Positions 1 to 10,298 of a stretch of 64,000 bases of DNA are shown piece after piece (the stretch's first letter is position 1; every line of letters begins with the position of its first letter). Origin of the DNA: Chloroflexota bacterium (GTDB lineage: Bacteria > Chloroflexota > Limnocylindria > Limnocylindrales > CSP1-4); the NCBI GenBank assembly GCA_013698095.1, contig JACCVQ010000253.1:10014-74013 (forward strand), read 5' to 3'. The position numbers and the translations under genes are program-made. The notes beneath the pieces were generated by a model, which searched no databases, was not told the origin of the DNA, and saw only the letters and a program-made list of their open reading frames with translations.

Positions 1-592
1 GGTCGTCATCGCTCCCGGCTTCCACGACGACGCCCGCGAGCTTCTCGCCGGGAAGGCGAACCTCCGCCTGATCGAGGACCCGTTGCTCGCCGGTGATGCG
101 CCGCCGCCCGCGCCTGATCCGCTCGCCTCGCTCCGGTCCGTCGGAGGTGCAGTCCTCGTCACGGCTCCCGACACTGCGCCGGACGACCCCGCGACGTGGC
201 AAGTTGCGACGCGCCGCGGCCCAACGGACTCCGAGCGCGGCGACTTGGACCTCGCCTGGCGCCTCGCCCGCGGCGTGACGTCGAACGCGATCGTCCTCGT
301 CCGCGATGGCCGACTCATCGGGGTCGGATCCGGCCAGACGTCGCGCGTCGACGCCGCGCGCCAGGCCGTCGACAAGGCCCGCGCGACCGCCGGCCCGGAC
401 AGTCTGGTGGGCGCCGCGTGCGCGTCGGACGCCTTCTACCCGTTTCCGGACGCAATCGAGGCGTGCCTCGAGGCCGGCGTGACGGCGTTCGCCCAGCCGG
501 GCGGCTCGCGCAACGATGACGAGGCGGTCGGTGCCGTCGATGCGGCGGGCGCCACGATGCTCTTCACCGGCGTCCGCCACTTCCGTCACTGA
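1..592 (+). CDS. purH: bifunctional AICAR transformylase/IMP cyclohydrolase PurH, C-terminal fragment (5' end lies outside the window)
   Basis: The frame is open from the window edge (codons phased from nt 2) to the TGA at 590-592. The tail ...SDAFYPFPDAIEACLEAGVTAFAQPGGSRNDDEAVGAVDAAGATMLFTGVRHFRH is the conserved PurH C-terminus. Confidence 0.9.
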   Translation, partial: VVIAPGFHDDARELLAGKANLRLIEDPLLAGDAPPPAPDPLASLRSVGGAVLVTAPDTAPDDPATWQVATRRGPTDSERGDLDLAWRLARGVTSNAIVLVRDGRLIGVGSGQTSRVDAARQAVDKARATAGPDSLVGAACASDAFYPFPDAIEACLEAGVTAFAQPGGSRNDDEAVGAVDAAGATMLFTGVRHFRH

Positions 593-626
593 CGGTCGGC
601 GGCGGTCGCGGTAGTTGGCGCCGTGG

Positions 627-2729
627 TCAGCCGGCTTCGGGCTCCAGCACCTCGAGGCGTCCAGCGGCGATCCGGCCGAGCCGCCGCCGGGCCGCCCGGG
701 CAGGAGCCGCTGCTTCGGGCCCCGCCGACGTCACCTCGACGCGGTTTCGGCCACCCTCCTTGGCCCGGTACAGGGCGGCATCGGCCAGCGACACGAGCGA
801 TTTGTGGTCCTGGACGTTGGGTCCCGTGGTGGCCACCCCAAGTGAGGCCGTGACCCGCGCATAGCGTCCCGGTCCGAGCTCGACGACCATCTGCTCGATC
901 GACGCCCGGAGCTTCTCCGCCATCGCCTGTGCCTCGTCGATCCCGGCGTGGCGGAGGGCCACGATGAACTCCTCGCCGCCGTAGCGCGCGGCCACGTCGG
1001 AGGCGCGGATGGTCGATCCGATGACACGGGCGAACGAACGGAGGGCCTCGTCGCCGGCGGGATGGCCGTAGGTGTCGTTGAACTTCTTGAAATGGTCGAG
1101 GTCGATCATGACGACGCTCATCGGCTGGTCGTCGCGGCGCGCGGACTCGAGCTCCTGTTCGAGGTACGGGTCGAAGAAGCGGGTGTTGCGCAGACCGGTC
1201 AATGGATCGGTCATCGCCTGACCTTCCATCGTGTTCATCAGCCGCGCGTTGGCCATCGCGAGCCCGACGTTCTCGGCAACCCGCGTGACCAGCCGGATCG
1301 TCTCGGGGTCGAAAGCCGCGACCGCGATGGACTCGAGGTGGATCACGCCGACCATCTTGCCGAGGGCCATCATCGGAATGCACACCGTCGTTCCGACGCT
1401 CGCGTGGCGAGCCGGGCAGCGGACGGCCATGTCGTCCGCCACGTTCGGCGCCACGAACGCGGACGATCGCCGGATCCCCGGGCAGCGATCGATCCGGTCG
1501 ACGTTCACGAGCGCCCCCGGCTCGGCTGCTGTCTCGCCCCAGGCGATCCCGACGGTCAGGCGGTTCTGTGACGGGTTGGCCAGGAGGATGTCGCCGGCAC
1601 TCGTCGCGACCAGGCGGCGGATCGCCCGGCTGGCGGCGACCACGAGGTCCGACTCGTCGCGGGCGAACGACGTGAGCTCGGCAAGCTGGTTGAAGGTCGC
1701 GGCGTGCTGGGCCTCCAGCCGAGCCAGCTGATAGCGGTCGCCCGCGTCGACCCGCAGCCGCTCCAGCACGTCCGCCAGGGCGCCGAGCTCGTCGTCGCGC
1801 TCGGCGGCGAAACGGACAGCCTCGCCGGCGACCAGAGCCTCGACGGTCGCGTTGAGGCGGCCGAGTGGTCCGCTGATCGAGCGGGTCAGCCACATTCCGA
1901 GCAGGGCGAGCAGGATCGTGAGGACGAGTCCGACGGGCAGGATCACCATCGCGAGCCGCGGGATCGAGGCATCGACCTCGGCGGCCGCAGAGCCGCGCTC
2001 CACGTCGAGGGCGCCGAGGAGGCTCGCCAGGGCATCTTCCGCCGGCTGGAACAGGATCTGGCTCTCGTCGGCCGCGCCCGCGGCGCCGGCCATGCGCGCG
2101 GCGTCGTCGGCGCGGAGGAACGGCTCCGCCCACTCCTCGCGCCAGGCAATCGAGGCATCGTGGGCGGCGGTTGCCGACGCCAGAATGTCGGACGAATTGA
2201 CCGCGAGCGCCCGCAGATCGGCGAACGCGATCGCCTCGCTGGCGCTCGCGGCGTCGAACTCCTCGATCGCCTCGTTTCGACCGGACAGCGCGTAGTCGAA
2301 GGCGAACGTCTCCTGCGTGAAGAGCGCCGTCTGAAGCGCGTGGGCGGTCGCATTCATCGCGTCGATCCGGGCGGTGGTTTCCGCGAGCGTGCGGACCGTC
2401 ATCGAGGCCACCGCGAAGACGATCGCAGTCATGACGATGCCGAGGGCCACCGTGGCCGCCATGCTGGCGAGCAGCCGGTTGCGGATGGCGTGGCGAGTCG
2501 GGCTCTGATTCACGATGGGGGCGTCGTTCACGGCGGTGGTCCATGGGAGCACGAGCAGAGCGGTGAGCCGCTTGGTCGAGTCAGTGTCGTCCTCGCGCCG
2601 ACGCCCGCCCGCCTGCCGGTGGTCAGTCCGGCCCGCGACAAAGGTCTCGACTGGTCTGGTGCGGACGCATGAGACGCGCCGCGGCCAACCGTCGCAGACT
2701 TGACCGTTGATCGCCCGCTCGGCCATCAT
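627..2729 (-). CDS. membrane-bound diguanylate cyclase (TM sensor region, HAMP-like linker, GAF-like domain, GGDEF domain)
   Basis: The 700-aa ORF has two hydrophobic helices flanking an extracytoplasmic region. The C-terminal GGDEF domain has the I-site RASD five residues before GGEEF (RASDVAARYGGEEF). The first ~60 codons are Arg-rich and probably untranslated; in-frame GTGs at 2531 and 2513 and an ATG near 2478 are alternative starts. Confidence 0.85.
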   Translation of the reverse strand: MMAERAINGQVCDGWPRRVSCVRTRPVETFVAGRTDHRQAGGRRREDDTDSTKRLTALLVLPWTTAVNDAPIVNQSPTRHAIRNRLLASMAATVALGIVMTAIVFAVASMTVRTLAETTARIDAMNATAHALQTALFTQETFAFDYALSGRNEAIEEFDAASASEAIAFADLRALAVNSSDILASATAAHDASIAWREEWAEPFLRADDAARMAGAAGAADESQILFQPAEDALASLLGALDVERGSAAAEVDASIPRLAMVILPVGLVLTILLALLGMWLTRSISGPLGRLNATVEALVAGEAVRFAAERDDELGALADVLERLRVDAGDRYQLARLEAQHAATFNQLAELTSFARDESDLVVAASRAIRRLVATSAGDILLANPSQNRLTVGIAWGETAAEPGALVNVDRIDRCPGIRRSSAFVAPNVADDMAVRCPARHASVGTTVCIPMMALGKMVGVIHLESIAVAAFDPETIRLVTRVAENVGLAMANARLMNTMEGQAMTDPLTGLRNTRFFDPYLEQELESARRDDQPMSVVMIDLDHFKKFNDTYGHPAGDEALRSFARVIGSTIRASDVAARYGGEEFIVALRHAGIDEAQAMAEKLRASIEQMVVELGPGRYARVTASLGVATTGPNVQDHKSLVSLADAALYRAKEGGRNRVEVTSAGPEAAAPARAARRRLGRIAAGRLEVLEPEAG

Positions 2730-2880
2730 CGGGAGGTGGACCAGCGCCGGAGCCTGATGGCGATGCCGCGGCGGCCCCGCTCGCGGCAGGCCTGAGAAGC
2801 GCCTCCCGGAACGTCGGCCGCCGACCGCGCCGCGCGATCCCGCCCGGACTTCAGGTCCTGCTAGCCCCCCCGAGGATTCG

Positions 2881-4530
2881 ATGCCCGCCGACCCGTTGCG
2901 CCCCCGCTTCTACCTGACGACCGCGATCGCCTATGCCAACAACCAGCCCGGCCTCCACACCCTGTACGAGGTGATCGCGGCGGACGTCATCGCGCGCTGG
3001 CACCGGATGCTCGGTGACGACACCCGCTTTCTGACCGGCACCGATGAGCACTCGGTCAACATCGCGATGAAGGCGGCCGAGGAAGGCCGCGCCCCGCGCG
3101 ACTTCGTCGACGAGAAGGTCGCCCTGTTCAAGGCCGCCGAGGACGCCCTCTCGATCAGCCCGGACCGCTTCATCCGGACGACCGATCCGGACCACATCCG
3201 GGCGTCCCAGGAACTCGTCCGGCGGGCCTACGCAAACGGCGACATCTACATCGGGACGTACGAAGGCTGGTACTGCCCGAACGAGGGCTTCCGCAACGCG
3301 ACCGACGTCCAGGAGACAGCGCGCGGCACGATCTGCCCGAACCACCCCGACGTCCCCCTCCAGTGGCTGACCGAGAAGAACTGGTTCTTCAAGCTGTCCG
3401 CATACCAGACGCGGCTCGAGCAGCACTTCCTCGACAACCCGACGTTCGTCCAGCCCGACTACCGCCGCAACGAGATGCTCGGCTTCATCCGCCAGGGACT
3501 CGAGGACTTTTCGATCAGCCGGGCCGGGGCGGGCTGGGGCATCCCGTTCCCGATCGCCGAGAACGGCGAGACGGCCCAGCGCGAGGACGGGTCGTGGGAC
3601 CCGGAGGCCGGCACGATCTACGTCTGGTACGACGCGCTGATCAACTACGTGACCGGGGCGGGGTTCCCGGACGACCTGAAGTCGTTCGCCCGCTGGTGGC
3701 CGGCCGATCTGCACGTCATCGGCAAGGACATCCTGCGCTTCCATACGATCTTCTGGCCGGCGATGCTGTGGAGTGCCGGGCTCGAGGCCCCGCGCAAGGT
3801 CTGGGCCCACGGCTGGCTCCTCGCCGCCGGCGGCGAGCGGATGAGCAAGAGCCGCGGCAACTTCCTCGACCCGGGCGACTTCGTGGCTGCGTTCGGGAGC
3901 GACGGGGCGCGCTACGTCGTGCTCCGCGAGGTGCCGTTCGACAAGGACGCCGAGGTCAGCTGGGACGGATTCGTCCGGCGCTACAACGCCGATCTCGCCA
4001 ACGACTTCGGGAACCTCGTGAACCGCACGGTCTCGATGGCCAACCGCTACCTCGGCGGGGAACGGCCCGACCCGTCGCCGGCCGCCGATGCGGACGCGAC
4101 CTGGAGCTGGACGAGCCGCGTGCCGATGCTCCAGTCGAGCCTCGATGACTGTCTCCTCCACGAGGCGCTCGGCGTGATCTGGTCGGTCGTCGGAGATGCA
4201 AACCGGTTCGTCGATGCCGAGAAGCCGTGGGAGCTGGCCAAGGCGGCCAAGACCGGCGACGAGGCCGCCACGGCCCGACTCCAGGTCGTCCTCGGCGACC
4301 TGGTCGAGGTCTGCCGGCTGATCGGCCTGGCTGCCGCGCCATTTCTGCCCGAGACCGCGCCGCGCGTCCTCGCCCAGCTCGGCTACGCCTGGCCGTACGC
4401 TGCCGACGGCAACGGCGGGCCGCCGCTCCTCGACCAGCTGCGCTGGGGCGCACATTCCGGCGAAAAGGGAATGTTGACCCAGGCGGAACCGTTGTTCCCT
4501 CGCCTCGACACGGAAACCGCGCCAAACTAG
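2881..4530 (+). CDS. metG: methionine--tRNA ligase
   Basis: The 549-aa ORF has a class I aaRS signature region (TTAIAYANNQPGLHTLYEVIAADVIARW), the KMSKS loop (ERMSKSRGN) and a MetRS anticodon-binding tail. GAGGA lies 4 nt before the ATG. Confidence 0.95.
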   Translation: MPADPLRPRFYLTTAIAYANNQPGLHTLYEVIAADVIARWHRMLGDDTRFLTGTDEHSVNIAMKAAEEGRAPRDFVDEKVALFKAAEDALSISPDRFIRTTDPDHIRASQELVRRAYANGDIYIGTYEGWYCPNEGFRNATDVQETARGTICPNHPDVPLQWLTEKNWFFKLSAYQTRLEQHFLDNPTFVQPDYRRNEMLGFIRQGLEDFSISRAGAGWGIPFPIAENGETAQREDGSWDPEAGTIYVWYDALINYVTGAGFPDDLKSFARWWPADLHVIGKDILRFHTIFWPAMLWSAGLEAPRKVWAHGWLLAAGGERMSKSRGNFLDPGDFVAAFGSDGARYVVLREVPFDKDAEVSWDGFVRRYNADLANDFGNLVNRTVSMANRYLGGERPDPSPAADADATWSWTSRVPMLQSSLDDCLLHEALGVIWSVVGDANRFVDAEKPWELAKAAKTGDEAATARLQVVLGDLVEVCRLIGLAAAPFLPETAPRVLAQLGYAWPYAADGNGGPPLLDQLRWGAHSGEKGMLTQAEPLFPRLDTETAPN

Positions 4531-4586
4531 ACGGGAGATGCGGCCGCACCGCCCGGTATCGGCGGCGAAGATACGGAGAACGCCAC

Positions 4587-4952
4587 ATGGCTGCCCACGG
4601 CGAGTACAACCACATCGAGATCCCGTTCGACGACGCGGAGCGGGCGAAGCGTTTCTACGGCGGCGTCTTCGGCTGGCAGTTCAGCGAGACCCCCGGCTTC
4701 GAGGGCTACCCGCTCTACACGGCCGGCCCGGGCGGGCTCGGCGGGGGCCTCGGCAAACGCGGCGAGATGGCCGGTCAGACGGTCCGCAACTACATCTCGG
4801 TCGACGACATCGACGCGGCGATCGCGAAGGTGAAGGAGCTCGGCGGCACGATCACAGAAGGCAGGTCCGAGATCCCGGGGATGGGCTGGTTCGCGGTCGG
4901 AACCGACACGGAGGGCAACGTCCTCGCGCTCTACAAGGGCAACGAGGGCTGA
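4587..4952 (+). CDS. VOC (glyoxalase/bleomycin-resistance/dioxygenase) family protein
   Basis: An internal ATG of the 241-aa track ORF is preceded by GGAG with an 8-nt spacer. The 121-aa product MAAHGEYNHIEIPFDDAERAKRFYGGVFGWQF...GWFAVGTDTEGNVLALYK has the typical VOC beta-alpha-beta3 pattern. The upstream part of the track ORF is Arg-rich junk that overlaps metG. Confidence 0.8.
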   Translation: MAAHGEYNHIEIPFDDAERAKRFYGGVFGWQFSETPGFEGYPLYTAGPGGLGGGLGKRGEMAGQTVRNYISVDDIDAAIAKVKELGGTITEGRSEIPGMGWFAVGTDTEGNVLALYKGNEG

Positions 4953-5001
4953 CGTTCGGTCCCTCCCGCACGGCCCGAGGCGCGTCGGCGACAATCGTCC
5001 G

Positions 5002-5796
5002 ATGCGCCTCGTCGATTCTCACTGCCACCTCCAGGCGGATCGCTTCGAGGACGACGTCGACGCGGTGATCGCGGCGGCCGGGGCGGCGGGCGTTGAGCGG
5101 ATCCTCGTCCCGGGCTGGAACGCGACCTCGTCGTCGGCCGCCCTCGAGCTCGTCGAGCGGGTGTCCTGGCTCGACGCGGCCGTCGGCGTTCACCCCCATG
5201 ACGCGGCCAACGTCAGCGACGCCGCGTGGGCCGCAATCGCGGCCTCGGCCCGAAACCCACGTGTCGTCGCGATCGGCGAGACCGGGCTCGACTACGACCG
5301 CGTCTTCTCGCCGATCCCGGCTCAGCTCGGGAACCTCCGCCGAAACCTCGCCCTGGCAGTCGAGACGGGCAAACCGGCGATCCTGCATTGCCGCTCGCGG
5401 GCAGGAGAGCGCGACGCCCAGGACGCGCTCCTCGCCGAAGTCGGCGCGTTCGGCAGCGAGCCGCCGAGGGTCGTGATTCATTCGTTCAGCGGTCCGCTCG
5501 ACTATGCCGAGTCGATGCTGAATCTGGGTGCGGCGATCAGCATCTCGGGCCTGGCGTTCCGGAAGGGCGAAGAGGCCACCGCCGACGTCGTCCGGATCGT
5601 CCCGGCGGACCGGCTCCTCGTCGAGACCGACTCGCCATATCTCTCGTCGCCCGGCGCGCCGCGCGGGCGCAACGCGCCGGAGTGGGTCGGGCTGACGGCG
5701 GCCTGGACTGCGGACGTCCGCGGCGATGATCGAGACGCCGCCGGCGAGGCCCTCGTCGCCGCGTACGACCGGGTTTTCGGCGCTCAGACAGGTTGA
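5002..5796 (+). CDS. TatD family metal-dependent hydrolase/DNase
   Basis: The 264-aa ORF begins [11 protein letters not shown] (HxH metal motif) and carries GETGLDY, ILHCR and ETDSPYL blocks characteristic of TatD/YcfH. GACAAT lies 6 nt before the ATG. Confidence 0.9.
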   Translation: MRLVDSHCHLQADRFEDDVDAVIAAAGAAGVERILVPGWNATSSSAALELVERVSWLDAAVGVHPHDAANVSDAAWAAIAASARNPRVVAIGETGLDYDRVFSPIPAQLGNLRRNLALAVETGKPAILHCRSRAGERDAQDALLAEVGAFGSEPPRVVIHSFSGPLDYAESMLNLGAAISISGLAFRKGEEATADVVRIVPADRLLVETDSPYLSSPGAPRGRNAPEWVGLTAAWTADVRGDDRDAAGEALVAAYDRVFGAQTG

Positions 5797-5822
5797 CAGG
5801 CCAAACCGCAAACAGGTAGGAT
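5793..5822 (+). promoter_or_regulatory. sigma-70-type promoter of groES-groEL
   Basis: TTGACA (5793-5798) and TAGGAT (5817-5822) are separated by an 18-nt spacer. The promoter abuts the CIRCE element. Confidence 0.6.
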
Positions 5823-5848
5823 TAGCACTCTCACATCGAGAGTGCCAA
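5822..5848 (+). promoter_or_regulatory. CIRCE operator (HrcA binding site)
   Basis: TTAGCACTC-TCACATCGA-GAGTGCCAA differs from the consensus TTAGCACTC-N9-GAGTGCTAA by one mismatch in the right arm. It lies upstream of groES. Confidence 0.9.
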
Positions 5849-6031
5849 CGCGGTCCGTTCCAGGCCGGCAGGGGATCCGTCCAGCGTGACGATCGCCAGA
5901 GACACCGGTCCGCGACCTCGACAGCGGCACCTCACGAATCAACGCCGGGGACGCAAATCGGCCACGCCGATCCGGTCCCTCGCCCAACCAGCACGATGGC
6001 GATCCGTTCGCCGTCCCAGGAGGAATGCACG

Positions 6032-6346
6032 TTGGCCACCGCCACCGCTTCCGCGACGAAGCTTCGCCCGCTCGGCGACCGCGTCGTGATCCAGCCCACC
6101 GCGCGCGAGGAGATGACCAAGTCCGGCATCGTCCTCCCGGACACCGCCAAGGAAAAGCCCCAGAAGGGCACCGTCCTGGCGGTCGGCCCGGGCCGGACGC
6201 TCGATGACGGCAAGCGCGAGAGCATCGACGTGAAGAAGGGCGACACGGTTCTCTACGCCAAGTACGCCGGGACCGAGTTCAAGATCGACGAGGAGGAGCT
6301 CCTCATCGTCAGCCAGAAGGACATCCTCGCGATCGTCGAGGACTGA
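6032..6346 (+). CDS. groES: co-chaperonin GroES
   Basis: The sequence ...[46 protein letters not shown]...[35 protein letters not shown] is GroES. I chose the TTG at 6032 because AGGAGG (6018-6023) sits 8 nt upstream. An in-frame ATG at 5996 is the alternative start. Confidence 0.88.
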   Translation: MATATASATKLRPLGDRVVIQPTAREEMTKSGIVLPDTAKEKPQKGTVLAVGPGRTLDDGKRESIDVKKGDTVLYAKYAGTEFKIDEEELLIVSQKDILAIVED

Positions 6347-6393
6347 GAGCCTCTTGGCGATGCGCTCCGCGGGGCGCCAAGGATTGTCATTGA

Positions 6394-8058
<1,665 letters not shown>

Positions 8059-8117
8059 AGCGTCCGATAGCGTCCGTGGACGTCCGCGAGGGACAGTTCC
8101 ACGCACGAAACAGACTG

Positions 8118-8152
8118 AGAGCCGGGTCATCCGTCCGCGGATGCCCGGCTCT
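8118..8152 (+). terminator. stem-loop downstream of groEL (probable terminator)
   Basis: AGAGCCGGG-T-CATCCG / TCCG loop / CGGATG-CCCGGCTCT forms a roughly 15-bp stem with one bulge, followed by TTAT. The U-tract is weak. Confidence 0.55.
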
Positions 8153-8328
8153 TATGCTGCCCAGATTGCTACACAGCCCGCCGTGGCCGCTCAACAAGGT
8201 GAGTGGGAACGACACCTAGCCTCGAGATCCGTCCTAGCAACGGAATGCTCTTCGTCTGTCGCGGTTGGCGCGAAGACGTAGCGTTTGGCCGGGCTGCAGC
8301 CAGCAGCGTGTAGCGACGCCGGACGAGG

Positions 8329-8988
8329 ATGATCGGGAACGACCCTTCCCTCGAGAGCTTGATGATCGACCAAACAGAAACCGCCCTCGAGGCCCTTCGC
8401 AAGGCTCTGCGGCCGTCCGGGCTTCAAGTTCGCAGCCGGCGACTCCCCAGAGGCCGGGTGTTCAGCGTGCGGGACAAGGCGTCGGGCGAGGTCTTGACCT
8501 CTGGGCTCACAGACCTCAACGAGGTCCGCACTCGCGTGTGGTGGCTACTTCGAACGCGCCGACTCGGTTCCGGGGGAACGCAGGCGGCCGGCGAGCCGGC
8601 ACAGGCCAGCTGCGAGGACTGTGGGAGGGCACGCGTCGGGTCCTTCCGCTTCTGCCTGTCCTGCGGCTTCGACTTCGAACCCGTCAAGGTCAATCGCGAG
8701 GAACCGGGTACGGGGGCTGCGATCGGAGACGGGACACTCCCAACAATCACGCCCGAGGCCACCCCGACAAGTGTCGGTCCCGGGGCGACTGGCGGCGAGC
8801 CGCCGGCAGTCGAGGCGGCGACCGCGCTGCCGGTGTTCGATGACGTCACACGAGAAGCGCCCACCGTCGTATGGGAGGATGTCAGGCGGCAGCTGCTGCT
8901 GGCAGCGCTCGGTGGCATCGCGGGCGTCATCGCGGGCGCCATCGCGGGCGCCATCGCGGCTGCCCTTCGGGGCGTCGTCGGCACCTGA
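8329..8988 (+). CDS. hypothetical tail-anchored zinc-ribbon protein
   Basis: The 219-aa ORF has a CxxC-x12-CxxC zinc ribbon (CEDCGRARVGSFRFCLSCGFDF) and a C-terminal hydrophobic helix (LLLAALGGIAGVIAGAIAGAIAAAL). Its GC3 is lower than its neighbours. The start is uncertain (ATG at 8329 or 8362). Confidence 0.55.
   Translation: MIGNDPSLESLMIDQTETALEALRKALRPSGLQVRSRRLPRGRVFSVRDKASGEVLTSGLTDLNEVRTRVWWLLRTRRLGSGGTQAAGEPAQASCEDCGRARVGSFRFCLSCGFDFEPVKVNREEPGTGAAIGDGTLPTITPEATPTSVGPGATGGEPPAVEAATALPVFDDVTREAPTVVWEDVRRQLLLAALGGIAGVIAGAIAGAIAAALRGVVGT
8917..8964 (+). repeat. 12-nt tandem repeat, 4 copies (atcgcgggcgyc), encoding IAGV-IAGA-IAGA-IAAA
   Basis: Read directly from the sequence. It forms the C-terminal transmembrane helix of the zinc-ribbon ORF. 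Confidence 0.8.
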
Positions 8989-9127
8989 TCGGGTGACTCG
9001 TTCCCTCCGATATCCCACCCTCGCGGCTCCTTGGTGCCTGTCGCGGCTCTTGGCCGCCGATGGCGGATCCTGCGTAGACAACGGAGCTGTCAATGTGCCG
9101 GCCGCCCACGGTCGCCGGGTACCGGTC

Positions 9128-9154
9128 GAGGACCTCCCCCGAATGGAGGTCCTC
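9128..9154 (+). promoter_or_regulatory. perfect 10-bp hairpin pairing a GGAGG with an upstream CCTCC
   Basis: GAGGACCTCC-cccgaat-GGAGGTCCTC. The right arm contains GGAGG 6 nt before an ATG at 9156. It is either a terminator-like structure without a U-tract or an SD-sequestering element. Confidence 0.3.
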
Positions 9155-9353
9155 CATGTCCCCCCATCCGTCGCCTGATTGCATCCGCATCGCACATCGC
9201 GCAGCCACACTGGAACGCCTTGAGAGTCTGAGGCCCTTCGTCTGTCCGACACGGGATCGTCACCCCGCCACGAACGGTACTTCCGGGCGTTTGACGCCGC
9301 GCGGATCGAACGGCACCCTGTGGACCGATCATCCGTTCAATTAGGGGACCCAC

Positions 9354-10133
9354 GTGTTTCGACGCCTCGCTCTCTTGCCGATCGCCCTCGTGGCGGTCCT
9401 GTCCCTCGTCCTGGCGGCCTGCGCCGCGACCCCACCGGCGGCTCCGGTCCTGACCGATCCGAAGGAGATCGTCGCGAAGGGCGTGACGTCTCTGACCGAC
9501 GTGAAGACCTTCGAGTTCACCGGTTCGTTCACCGGCTCCGTCAAGGTCCCCCAGATGGGCGACTTCGACCTGTCGACGGTCAAGATGGTCGGTGCCATCG
9601 ACATCGCCAACAAGAACCTGAAGTTCAGCCTGGACGCTCCGACCCTGCTCGGCACAAAGATCGAGGCGCTCGTGGTGGGCAACGCCGCCTACTACAAGGT
9701 CTCGGGCGCGCTCGCGGCGATGCTCGGCGGCACGGCCGACAAGTACACCAAGGCCGACGTTCCAACCGCGTCCGGCGATCCGATGGCCGCGGTGACGGAC
9801 GTGACCAAAGCCGTCGCGGAGATCCAGGCGGCGCTCGCAAAGTTGCCCACCCCGCCGGTCAAGGCGGCCGACGAGCGGTGCGGCGATCAGGACTGCTACC
9901 ACGTCACGATGAAGCTGACGGCGGCCGACCTGCAGGCCCTCGACCCGAAAGCATCGGCGCCGGCCGGCGACCTCAGCTTCGACATCTGGACGCGCAAGAA
10001 CGACAACCGTCCGGCGAAGCTGTCGCTGTCGGCCACGTCGGCCGACATGGGCACGTTCGGGCTCGTGCTCGACATCAAGTACGACGTCCCGGTCTCGGTC
10101 GCTGCCCCGCCGGCGGACCAGATCGCGCCGTAG
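9354..10133 (+). CDS. putative secreted lipoprotein (possibly LolA/LprG-like fold)
   Basis: GTG start with AGGGGA 5 nt upstream. The signal peptide carries a lipobox (LSLVLAAC). The 259-aa mature part is beta-rich. The function is not recognisable from sequence alone. Confidence 0.72.
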   Translation: MFRRLALLPIALVAVLSLVLAACAATPPAAPVLTDPKEIVAKGVTSLTDVKTFEFTGSFTGSVKVPQMGDFDLSTVKMVGAIDIANKNLKFSLDAPTLLGTKIEALVVGNAAYYKVSGALAAMLGGTADKYTKADVPTASGDPMAAVTDVTKAVAEIQAALAKLPTPPVKAADERCGDQDCYHVTMKLTAADLQALDPKASAPAGDLSFDIWTRKNDNRPAKLSLSATSADMGTFGLVLDIKYDVPVSVAAPPADQIAP

Positions 10134-10158
10134 TCGTCCACCGTTCCGCAACGCAGCC

Positions 10159-10194
10159 GAGACCCGGGTCCCACGCCCCGGGTCTCGTCTTTTC
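10159..10194 (+). terminator. rho-independent terminator
   Basis: GAGACCCGGG-tcccacgc-CCCGGGTCTC is followed by GTCTTTTCC, 26 nt after the lipoprotein stop codon. Confidence 0.8.
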
Positions 10195-10283
10195 CGGGTC
10201 GCAGCGGGTCATCCGGAGGCTCGCCCTTCGCGTCCAAGGCTCTCGCGACGGGTCCTGGTGAGGCTCGGAGAAGTGCCTCGACC

Positions 10284-10298
10284 TACAATGGACGAGTG
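10284..10298 (+). promoter_or_regulatory. -10 box placed for a leaderless pcrA transcript
   Basis: TACAAT (10284-10289), then 6 nt, then the GTG start at 10296. No Shine-Dalgarno sequence is present. Confidence 0.5.

Noticed and set aside
586-2544. 652-aa ORF on the minus strand, out of frame with the GGDEF gene, plus other long alternative-frame ORFs here (948-1571, 1704-2672).
   Set aside because: The translation is extremely Arg/Pro/Gly-rich and low in complexity, with no domain pattern. It fully overlaps a gene with clear GGDEF, GAF and HAMP features. This is the typical open-frame artefact of roughly 70% GC DNA.
2730-2880. Possible T-box or other riboswitch upstream of metG.
   Set aside because: The region is too short (about 150 nt) and lacks the T-box consensus or a specifier/antiterminator architecture that I could recognise.
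2851-4455. 534-aa ORF antisense to metG.
   Set aside because: It is an antisense shadow ORF. metG has unambiguous class I synthetase motifs, and the antisense product has none.
8153-8328. The lower-GC 175-nt gap after the groEL terminator, as a possible small RNA gene. The short minus-strand ORFs at 8169-8427 were also considered.
   Set aside because: There is no recognisable promoter-plus-terminator pair or conserved RNA motif. The minus-strand ORFs have poor coding character. I left it as part of the atypical-patch finding.
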